Assembly: GCA_031362805.1 (NCBI GenBank)
Contig: JANLTG010000043.1
Coordinates: forward strand, 5,395-69,394
Length of the DNA: 64,000 bases
Reading direction: 5' to 3'
Source: a bacterium
GTDB lineage: Bacteria > Verrucomicrobiota > Verrucomicrobiia > Limisphaerales > RI-55
Shown: positions 8,366-16,069 of the stretch, one piece after another
Position numbering within the stretch: the first letter of the stretch is position 1
Layout: every line of letters starts with the position of its first letter
Made by a program: the position numbers and the translations under genes
Notes under the pieces: model-generated
Database searches by the model: none
Told to the model about the DNA's origin: nothing
What the model saw: the letters and a program-made list of their open reading frames with translations, nothing else

Positions 8366-9165
8366 GGGGACGACACGACTTGTTTTTCCCCTGCGGCCCC
8401 GCAACTCGGATCGGTGCTCCGCACTTTTCGGGGGGTCAGACGACGGAAAAGGCGAAAGAGCGCGAAGACGGCGCACGGAATCGCGCAAGCGAGATAGAGA
8501 ACGGACTTTCCCCCGGGCCGGCCTGAATTCAGAACCCATTCGTAGAGATAGCCGAGGCTCTCGGTGACCATTTCCTTGGTGCGCTCACTGGATTGCCACC
8601 ATGCCTTGCCTTGCGTTGCATACGGACACCAGGCGACAATTCCGACGCGAGTTGCTGGACCGAAAACCTTCGAATACACCAAGCGAGTCCGCCGACAATG
8701 CGGTCCGCGGCTGAAGACGTTGATTGCCCCAACAGCGAAGCCCCGGAGTTCCAGCAACCGCTTCGCCGCCAGGGCGGATTCGAAGGTGCGCTGACTGTCA
8801 GATTCCAGACTTGGCGCCGAGAGTAACTTGTCGGCGGAGAGTCCAAGTACCAGCAATTCCTGCCTCGCGTTTTCCGCAAGGTTGAAGCGGTTCAATGCCC
8901 AAGAAGGTCCGCTCGGTCCGCCCGTTACTACAAGGTAATCGTAGCCCCCGCGACGGAACTCCTCCGCAGTTGCCGGCATTCCTTCCGAGTGAATCCACCC
9001 CTCCACGATCAGAACACTGGCTGGGACACGAGCCGTGACCGAAAGCCAAGATTCGCCCCACAAGACGCATGCCATCGCCAGGGTTACCGGTGAAACCAAG
9101 AGACAACTCCAACCGATCCAAGTCGGCCACCAGATCGTCCGCCGTTGAAAGAAAGCGCACTTCAC
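8362..9165 (-). CDS. DUF218 (YdcF/ElyC/SanA) family protein
   Basis: 267 aa with a GTG start and N-terminal TM helices. The core reads LIVEGWIHSEG...YDYLVVTGGP...ESALAAKRLLELRGFAVGAINVFSRGPHCRRTRLVY, matching the DUF218 pattern. Confidence 0.6.
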   Translation of the reverse strand: MKCAFFQRRTIWWPTWIGWSCLLVSPVTLAMACVLWGESWLSVTARVPASVLIVEGWIHSEGMPATAEEFRRGGYDYLVVTGGPSGPSWALNRFNLAENARQELLVLGLSADKLLSAPSLESDSQRTFESALAAKRLLELRGFAVGAINVFSRGPHCRRTRLVYSKVFGPATRVGIVAWCPYATQGKAWWQSSERTKEMVTESLGYLYEWVLNSGRPGGKSVLYLACAIPCAVFALFRLFRRLTPRKVRSTDPSCGAAGEKQVVSSP

Positions 9166-9190
9166 GCGTGCCAGAGATTTGAGGCTGCCA

Positions 9191-10846
9191 TCACGTGCCC
9201 CGGCGAGCGAGCTGCCGCTTCACCAGTTCGATCATCCCGGTCGCTTCCCGTCGGTAGAACGGAATTAGTGCAACCAGCGCCAGACCGGCCAGACTGCCGA
9301 CGGTTCCTCCCAGGCAGGTAAGGACGAAGGGATGAGCCTGCGGCAGGATCAGTTGAGGCAGGTACGCACCGACAAGGGTAACCACCCAAAATGGGGAGTG
9401 GCTTAAGCATCCCTTCCACAAGTCCGACCTAGTCACCGGACCGGATCGGCCGACGATGTGGTATTGGATTGGTAAACGGACCAGGAGTCCGAACACCGAA
9501 ACGGCCAGGGCCACACCCAATGGCCCGAAATACAAGCCGGCGACGAAGGAGCCCAGCGTAACCGTGGAAATGGCAATGCCCGAAATAAGAATATCCCGGT
9601 TGCGACGCTGAGTTGTCAGCAGCCACATGGAAGCACCCGCAATCGGATAATAGAGGGCCGTGAGCGACAACGCGGCGAAGACCGGCACCACCGCCGTCCA
9701 CTTAGAGCCCAAGGCCAACAGGACGAGCGGCCGAGACAACCCGAGAAAGAGACCGGCGATCGGAAAACTGACGAGAGCCATCGCATTGTAGATTTGTAGA
9801 AAGTGGCTTCGATAGCGCTCCGGTTGGTCCTGAAGGCGAGACAATACGGGAACAAACACCTTGTCGAAGGGAACCAGGAATTGGTCCAGCGGCCGCATTA
9901 TCAGGGCCATTGCCCGGGAATAAACCCCGACCGCGTCCGCGCCAAAGTAACGGCCTAGCAGCAGGCTATCAGCGTTACTGGTGATCCGCCTTAGAAGCGT
10001 CGCGAAGGTGATGCTCGCTCCAAAGCGAAGCATGGAACGAGTGCCGCTCCCGGATTTAGGCAGTTGCGGGCGCCAACCTGAGGCGATCCAAGCCATTGTC
10101 AATTCGGTCAGTGCCATGCCCAGTTGCGCGCCCACGAGAGACCAGTAACCGAAGTTGTAGGCGGCCATAACCATGCCGACAACCAGACAAGCCGTCATGG
10201 ACCCCAGATCAATCAGCGCCAAGGCCGTGAAACGCATTTGCCGATTCAGCAAGGCCAGATGTTGAACCGCTGCGCCGCCGGCAAAAAGGGTCAACGAGAG
10301 GGCAATCGTGATGCCCAGCAACCGCGAATCGTGATAATACCACGCCATCAAGGGTGCCAGCGCAATGCCGATCGAGGTGCAGCCGAGTCCGACAGCGAGG
10401 TTAGCCCAGAAAAGGTTGGAAACCTGGGCATGCGTAATGGTCTGCTGCTGCACGGTGGCGGTGGAGAGCCCGGCCTCTCGGAAAAGGTGCAAGATCTGGG
10501 TCAGCGCCAAACCCATGGCGACCAGCCCAAAGTCTGCGGGGTTGAGCATCCGTGCAAGGACAACGGTCAGGATCATGTACAATCCCATCCGTGCAACCTG
10601 CGAGAACGTCGTGACTACTCCACCGGAGAACGCGCGGCTTCCCAAGTTATGAATTAAGTGGTCCGTCCGGAAATGTTGTTCAGCCTCCCGGTTTTCCACA
10701 GCAGGAGACCCGGCCAAGTTTGGCAGCGCGCCTCCCTTTCCGACACCTGTGGGCTGAGGGTTGGAAGCGATAACGATGGGAACAGTCACGTCAAGAAATG
10801 GATTACGAAGGCGCGCAAGCCTACTTCTCCACCGACACGGAGGCAT
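9191..10846 (-). CDS. Wzx-type polysaccharide flippase (MOP/PST family)
   Basis: 551 aa with about 12-14 TM helices. ARMGLYMILTVVLARMLNPADFGLVAMGLALTQILHLFREAGLSTATVQ is typical of polysaccharide biosynthesis (Polysacc_synt) proteins. Confidence 0.8.
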   Translation of the reverse strand: MPPCRWRSRLARLRNPFLDVTVPIVIASNPQPTGVGKGGALPNLAGSPAVENREAEQHFRTDHLIHNLGSRAFSGGVVTTFSQVARMGLYMILTVVLARMLNPADFGLVAMGLALTQILHLFREAGLSTATVQQQTITHAQVSNLFWANLAVGLGCTSIGIALAPLMAWYYHDSRLLGITIALSLTLFAGGAAVQHLALLNRQMRFTALALIDLGSMTACLVVGMVMAAYNFGYWSLVGAQLGMALTELTMAWIASGWRPQLPKSGSGTRSMLRFGASITFATLLRRITSNADSLLLGRYFGADAVGVYSRAMALIMRPLDQFLVPFDKVFVPVLSRLQDQPERYRSHFLQIYNAMALVSFPIAGLFLGLSRPLVLLALGSKWTAVVPVFAALSLTALYYPIAGASMWLLTTQRRNRDILISGIAISTVTLGSFVAGLYFGPLGVALAVSVFGLLVRLPIQYHIVGRSGPVTRSDLWKGCLSHSPFWVVTLVGAYLPQLILPQAHPFVLTCLGGTVGSLAGLALVALIPFYRREATGMIELVKRQLARRGT

Positions 10847-11585
10847 GCAACGCTTCGCTGACTGGCAAAATTCTCGATCCGGATTTCATTGCCTGTCGCA
10901 CGACCTCTTCAAACAACCGCGGAGTGCAGCCAAAGCGGCTTGGCTGATCGCAGACGTCATGGGTGGCGAAGACAAGCCAGCCACAGGCTTGGGTATTCTG
11001 TTCAATGACTTGCTCGATCAGCGCGGGCGTGCTTTTCTCAATGAAGAATGCTCGAAGGTTGTTGAGATCCATCGTTCCAACGTTGAAGGTCTGTCCGCCG
11101 CCGCGGCAGCCGGCGAAGTACTTCGACGCTCGTCGTTTATTCTGCGGACGAGGGACATCGATGGGATACGACATGGTCTTGAACTCAGCGGTCGGCAGTA
11201 ACCGTTGCAACGATTCCCGGTTCTGAACGAGAGACCGGTCGAAGTCCTGAGAGGGGGTGTTCCACGCATGGTCGTGGCCAAAAGTATGGCAACCCAATTC
11301 GTGACCGGCAGATAAAAGTGGCTGGAAGTCGGCCTGTGAGAAGATCGGACCAACTGGTGAGTTGGCGCGATCCATCAATCCCAAGGCGGCATAAAAGGTG
11401 CCCCGGAGGTTGTGCCTTTGGAGAATCCCTCCCCCAACCTGTAGGGCGGTTCGTGGAAAATCGTCAAAACTGAATGAAATTAGTGGTCGGCTATTACGCA
11501 TTGGGACCATGCGCCGCACGGACAGTTGTGAAAGACTCAACCGAAATCGATCCCACGCTTTCGCCCAAATGCTGTTGACAGTCAT
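10821..11585 (-). CDS. Polysaccharide deacetylase (NodB homology, CE4)
   Basis: Shows SFSFDDFPRTAL (the DD metal/catalytic motif) and GHELGCHTFGHDH (the His-His motif). 254 aa. Confidence 0.8.
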   Translation of the reverse strand: MTVNSIWAKAWDRFRLSLSQLSVRRMVPMRNSRPLISFSFDDFPRTALQVGGGILQRHNLRGTFYAALGLMDRANSPVGPIFSQADFQPLLSAGHELGCHTFGHDHAWNTPSQDFDRSLVQNRESLQRLLPTAEFKTMSYPIDVPRPQNKRRASKYFAGCRGGGQTFNVGTMDLNNLRAFFIEKSTPALIEQVIEQNTQACGWLVFATHDVCDQPSRFGCTPRLFEEVVRQAMKSGSRILPVSEALHASVSVEK

Positions 11586-12958
11586 GCCAATGCCTGATTG
11601 ACGTGTGGGGCGGGATGCTCATTGAAAATGTCCGGAATGGCGTTGGCTGCCAGATAGGACCGGGGAGTTTCGATCAGCAGCAGCAGCATGAGAAACCAAC
11701 TCGGGTCGAGTCGGAAAAACGCAGTTTCGGAGTTGTTAAAGGCAATTCCCAACACCCAAATTGTCAGGGCCACTCGGCCGAACATATTTCCTGCAAGCAT
11801 GAGCCTGGCAGATCTTCGCCCCCAGACTACCAGTAACACTACCAGTAGCCCCACCCCGACAAAGCCACCGCCAAGATACATATCAATGAAGCCATTGTGC
11901 GCCGAGTTCATGAAAATGAACTCCTGTTGAATTCGTTCCGCCTCGCTGGTATGCCAAAATGAGAAATAGCCGCTCCCGAAGACCGGCTCTATTCTCGCCT
12001 GTTGCGCCATGTCCCAAATCTCAGTACGCCCGGTTAATGTTCTGCTCTTGCCCAATGCCTCCAGAATGCTACCAGACAAATCAAGGGATTTTTCAGAGAT
12101 GACAACAACCACGAAAACGGCGATACAACTTATCAGGACTCTAAAAGGGTTTTGCATACGAGCCAATCGTCCAGAACCCCACAACAGAAAGCACCCCAGG
12201 CTGAAACAGAGAAGCGAAGTGACGCTTTGACAAATGGCCATCAGCCACCCGCCCATAGCGAGAATTCCGAAACGAAGCCAAATCGCACGCCGCTTCTCCG
12301 CGCTTGGTTCCTGACGGTATAGCGCCATCAAATCCAGAACAATGAACAGCCCGAACAGAAACAAAATGGCTCCGAGATGGCTCTTATGCATGCTGACCCC
12401 GCATGGCATATTGTCGCCGCCCCTGGCAACCGTCCGTCCTATGGACGGAAAGTATTTGATGAACACGACGGAGAGGGGAAACATGACGTAAGCGGCGCGC
12501 ACCACCACTAGGCGAATGGACTCCAGCGGGTTGACTTCGGTCAGCACTACCAGCGCCGTAATCACCGCGCCATAATCCTTCACGATACGCTTAAGCGTGG
12601 GAAAACTAAATTCCGACCAACTGGCGCTCAAGGCCAGGAACAAGTAAAGCAGCATCAGAATCTTGTTTCGAGAAAAGAACGCTCCCCAAGAGAAGCCGCG
12701 CCGTTTCAGGACGATCAAAGCGGCGACCATTAGGCCCAAGAAGATAGCCAGATCAATGGGATTCCCATCCTGATCCCCACCGCTGGTACCAATCCCGATC
12801 CATGCCAGCCAGAACGAGTAGGGGCGTGAACCAATCGTGCCCAGCCACAACATCGGAATCAGCAGCGCCTTGGAAGACATTTGGCGCTCCTTCATGTCCT
12901 GTCGGATCAGCCAGTAAATGAATCCGTAGGAAAGCCATAGTGCTAACAGAGGAGGCAT
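11582..12958 (-). CDS. O-antigen ligase/Wzy-like polymerase family membrane protein
   Basis: 458 aa and polytopic. It has a Wzy_C-like loop and ...MNSAHNGFIDMYLGGGFVGVGLLVVLLV. There is a 4-nt overlap with the downstream gene. Confidence 0.65.
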   Translation of the reverse strand: MPPLLALWLSYGFIYWLIRQDMKERQMSSKALLIPMLWLGTIGSRPYSFWLAWIGIGTSGGDQDGNPIDLAIFLGLMVAALIVLKRRGFSWGAFFSRNKILMLLYLFLALSASWSEFSFPTLKRIVKDYGAVITALVVLTEVNPLESIRLVVVRAAYVMFPLSVVFIKYFPSIGRTVARGGDNMPCGVSMHKSHLGAILFLFGLFIVLDLMALYRQEPSAEKRRAIWLRFGILAMGGWLMAICQSVTSLLCFSLGCFLLWGSGRLARMQNPFRVLISCIAVFVVVVISEKSLDLSGSILEALGKSRTLTGRTEIWDMAQQARIEPVFGSGYFSFWHTSEAERIQQEFIFMNSAHNGFIDMYLGGGFVGVGLLVVLLVVWGRRSARLMLAGNMFGRVALTIWVLGIAFNNSETAFFRLDPSWFLMLLLLIETPRSYLAANAIPDIFNEHPAPHVNQALA

Positions 12959-13048
12959 AGCGGCAGGGTCTCAAGCGTTGCTTCCCAGCTCAGTTCCGGC
13001 GAGGAACGATGATTCGATTCAACTTAGGGTTGGGCCGCACATTGGCGA

Positions 13049-13936
13049 CTACATCGCCCGCTCCCGGACTACCGTAATTCCGAAAAACGCAAGCAGGCGC
13101 CCCAAATGGTTGCACAGCTTGATCAGGTAATTCATGAAGTGGTGTTGCCCCGCCATCAGTAGCAATGGAAGCACAATTGAATAGAGGGGAATTGCCAGTA
13201 ACGCCTTGCCAAGATTTAACCACCGCCCCTCCGGATGCCGGAACGAATTGCGGCCGCGCAGCAGGGCGCGCTTGATCATGACCTTGCGGTTCCAGCGACT
13301 GGGCGGAACAATCTCATGCACAATCGCCTCGTTGCACCAAATGAACTTATGTCCGGCGGCCATCATGCGGCGAAAGAAATCGACATCGCCGCCGCCAGTA
13401 CCGAATGCGGGATCAAAAACGGGGTCGAGCCCTTTGATAATCGAGCGATCAAACAACACATTGCCCGTACGGCATTCGGTCCACGGCATGACGTAGCCGG
13501 TCTCGTGCTCGGGGCGTTCGTAGAATCCACCCTTCTTCACCCAGTCAGGCGTGCCTGGCTCAAAGTGAGGACGAACGGGAGCCAGTACGCCAGCAACCTG
13601 GAAGCTCGTCAGGGTCTGAAATAAACGGAGCAACCAGTCGGGCTCGGGGAATTCATCGTCATCAATGAAGGCAATCAAGCCGCCGGTCGCGTTGGCGAGG
13701 GTCGTGTTGCGGGCGTGGGAGATACTGCGACGTGGATCGGCACAGTAGACGATCCGCAAGGAAGCATGCAGGGCTGCGTCCGCCACCACGGAGCGAGCCG
13801 ATTCCGCGGCGTCGTTGTCCGTGATGACGATTTCGTAGGTAAAGCGATCGTCCGTCCGCTGGCGTTGCAAATCCTCCAGTAGCCGCTTCAGCCAAACGGG
13901 GCGCTGATAGGTGCAGACACAAACACTGATATGCAT
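13049..13936 (-). CDS. Family 2 glycosyltransferase
   Basis: MHISVCVCTYQRPVWLKRLLEDL..., VITDNDAAESA and FIDDDEFPEPDWL (DxD) are classic GT2 features. Confidence 0.85.
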   Translation of the reverse strand: MHISVCVCTYQRPVWLKRLLEDLQRQRTDDRFTYEIVITDNDAAESARSVVADAALHASLRIVYCADPRRSISHARNTTLANATGGLIAFIDDDEFPEPDWLLRLFQTLTSFQVAGVLAPVRPHFEPGTPDWVKKGGFYERPEHETGYVMPWTECRTGNVLFDRSIIKGLDPVFDPAFGTGGGDVDFFRRMMAAGHKFIWCNEAIVHEIVPPSRWNRKVMIKRALLRGRNSFRHPEGRWLNLGKALLAIPLYSIVLPLLLMAGQHHFMNYLIKLCNHLGRLLAFFGITVVRERAM

Positions 13937-14137
13937 GGCGAATTAGCTCTTAACCGGAACAAATATGTGAAACCACGAAGGGACACGAAGCCACACGAAT
14001 AAAGACGGGCGTTCCTTGGCCGCGCGGCGGCAAACCAAACGGTGCGGGTCGGTGCGGGAGTCAAACGGTGTTCGGCGAGACGCCGAACACGGCACGCGGG
14101 ACGCGTGCGCTCCCCAATCCAACTGCATGGATCCGAC
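13937..14137. repeat. Spacer with two perfect GC hairpins followed by a GCTCCCCA head, plus a CACGAA-type module
   Basis: GTGTTCGGCG-aga-CGCCGAACAC lies at 14068-14090 and GCACGCG-gga-CGCGTGC at 14092-14108, followed by GCTCCCCA. GAAACCACGAAGGGACACGAAGCCACACGAAT lies at 13967-13998. Confidence 0.8.
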
Positions 14138-15961
14138 TTAGGGCTGCTCGATGAGAGTTCTCTGGATCAATTCACTGGTGAGCAGAAGGTGGATTTCCGA
14201 CGTATAATTGCCGGTGCCGGTGACGTGCGCGTTCACCATTCTGGCAATGTTCCGGCCGTCCAGATACGGCCGCGAGAGCGTAAGCGGATCCAGCAACATT
14301 TCCTTCACAAAAGGAGCGAGTTGATGGCGATACCAATAGCGATAGTGGTAATACTTGTGCCGGCCGAGGAAGAGTTTTTCCAGATGCAGCGGGGCAAGGA
14401 TTCGGTCCACCTTTGCCAGCCATTGCGGCATGCCGTAATCGTAGGCGTATTCGGCCTTGAAGGTAAATTCCTCGAATTGTTCCGAAATTCTGCCTAGCAG
14501 CCCACGCCGCCCCAAAGGACCGCGATCCGTGGGAAAGGAAGCCAAAGCCGGATTCCCATCAGAAATAAGCCGCTCGGCGATGTGCCGGTTCAACCTGATC
14601 CCCTCGGGGGCCTGATAAGCGACTGCCACCAACTCGTTGTCGAGGTACGGAGAACGAACGGTGATCTGGGACTGCTCCAGAGCGAATCGCGCAAAATGGT
14701 GCCAGGGAACCTGCTTGAACGCGATGAAGGTTAGAGCGTCACACTGCCTTTCACCCTTATACAGCATCCGTGCGTTGTCCAGATGGGGTGTGAAATCGTT
14801 CGCAAACAGAGAACGGTCGAGCGATTTGGGCTTGAAAGCCACAAGTTGTCTCAGGATCTCGCTGCCATAGTTACCCGTCATCCGAATGGGGGCGATCTCC
14901 CTGCTTGCGATCCGGTTGGCAAATAGTGAGGCGGCACCGCTGGCGTCCATGCAACCGTCGGTGATGTAAACACATTGACTCGCGAGCGTGGGAAACTCCG
15001 AAAAGAAACTTCCACCCACAGTGAGCGTTCGATGCGACTGCCTGCAGACCGACGCGACACGGCGGGCAATCTTTGCATCCAAACATTCGCGAAAAACGCC
15101 CCGATGGCTATAGCAAGGAAGCTTGGAGCGTTCGAAGCGAGTCCATGCCATGATGATCCGCCCATCGAGACCGCCGGTAAGCGACATCGCGATCTGATCC
15201 GCGTTGCGGAAGTAGCGAGGCAGGATGCGGACAAAGGTTGCCTTAAGCTTTTCGTAGTAGTCGTCGGTCGAAAGTTTCTCCTGAGATTCCCAGGTTCCTT
15301 TGGAGAAATAGGTCTCCTTTTTAACCGGGCATCGGGGTTTGAAGGTCCAGATCGAACCCGGAGGCACCAAAGAGATGCCAGCGAAGAGCGTCCGGTTTTG
15401 CAGCACACAGCCCATGGTGAGCAACTCGCCCAGCTGCGGCATTTCGAGGCGCCGAAGGTGCGGGAGGATTTTCAGCAAAGCCTTGGCTTCGGACGCGAAG
15501 AAGAAGCCATCCTCATTTTCATGGAAATAAATTCGTCCCAATCCGTAACGATCATTGAACAAGACGACTTTGTTTTCACGAAGATCAATAAGTAGACCAC
15601 TGAAGGCGCCGTTCAATTTCGCCCAAAAACCGTCCCCTTGCTCTTCATAAAGATGCACCAAGTAACTGGCATTCGTGCTTTCAAAACTGTGTCCACCCGC
15701 CTTGAGGCGCTGGACTTCCGCGGGGTCGCCAAATTCCTCACCGGAAAAGATCAGGCACACGTCACGGGTTTCGTTCCAGCTGGGCAGGCAATCCGCAAAG
15801 GAGCCCGGCTGGCTAACCCAGGCAGCGGCGACATCCAACCCCTTTTCGACGAGCGTCCCAGAAGCGTAGGACGGCTCGTGCAACATGGAATTGCGCATCT
15901 CGCCGAGAGCCCCGCGGCGGCTGTCAGTGTTTGGGGAGATGAATCCGGCTATTCCAGGCAT
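14138..15961 (-). CDS. Asparagine synthase (AsnB)-family amidotransferase homolog lacking the N-terminal Cys nucleophile
   Basis: Track ORF is 14138..16054, and its 5' extension reads through the tRNA. The ATG at 15961 gives MPGIAGFISPN..., where AsnB enzymes have MCGI. An Ntn-like domain is followed by an AsnB synthetase-like domain (SLTGGLDGR, corresponding to the SGGLDS PP-loop). Confidence 0.75.
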   Translation of the reverse strand: MPGIAGFISPNTDSRRGALGEMRNSMLHEPSYASGTLVEKGLDVAAAWVSQPGSFADCLPSWNETRDVCLIFSGEEFGDPAEVQRLKAGGHSFESTNASYLVHLYEEQGDGFWAKLNGAFSGLLIDLRENKVVLFNDRYGLGRIYFHENEDGFFFASEAKALLKILPHLRRLEMPQLGELLTMGCVLQNRTLFAGISLVPPGSIWTFKPRCPVKKETYFSKGTWESQEKLSTDDYYEKLKATFVRILPRYFRNADQIAMSLTGGLDGRIIMAWTRFERSKLPCYSHRGVFRECLDAKIARRVASVCRQSHRTLTVGGSFFSEFPTLASQCVYITDGCMDASGAASLFANRIASREIAPIRMTGNYGSEILRQLVAFKPKSLDRSLFANDFTPHLDNARMLYKGERQCDALTFIAFKQVPWHHFARFALEQSQITVRSPYLDNELVAVAYQAPEGIRLNRHIAERLISDGNPALASFPTDRGPLGRRGLLGRISEQFEEFTFKAEYAYDYGMPQWLAKVDRILAPLHLEKLFLGRHKYYHYRYWYRHQLAPFVKEMLLDPLTLSRPYLDGRNIARMVNAHVTGTGNYTSEIHLLLTSELIQRTLIEQP

Positions 15962-15990
15962 GACGAATCGGGATGGAAACGTATGTGAAG

Positions 15991-16069
15991 TGGTGGAGCT
16001 GGGAAGGGCTTGAACCTCCATCGTCGCGCTGTTGCCAACGCGCCGCTCTGCCAATTGAGCTACAGCCCC
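15991..16069 (-). tRNA. tRNA-Ala(GGC)-like gene with non-canonical anticodon arm and T arm
   Basis: Minus-strand sequence: GGGGCTGTAGCTCAATTGGCAGAGCGGCGCGTTGGCAACAGCGCGACGATGGAGGTTCAAGCCCTTCCCAGCTCCACCA. It has a 7-bp acceptor stem with G3:U70, a canonical D arm, the loop TT-GGC-AA, TTCAAGC in the T loop, and an encoded ACCA end. At 79 nt it is 3 nt longer than canonical and needs a bulged A or an 8-nt anticodon loop, plus one extra C at the T-arm/acceptor junction. Folded by hand only. Confidence 0.6.

Noticed and set aside
15991-16069. The 8-nt-anticodon-loop reading of the tRNA as a +1 frameshift suppressor that rescues the frameshifted toxin at 42593
   Set aside because: A four-base anticodon from this loop (UGGC or GGCA) would not decode the GCA-A context at the toxin shift site. 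The link rests on coincidence only.
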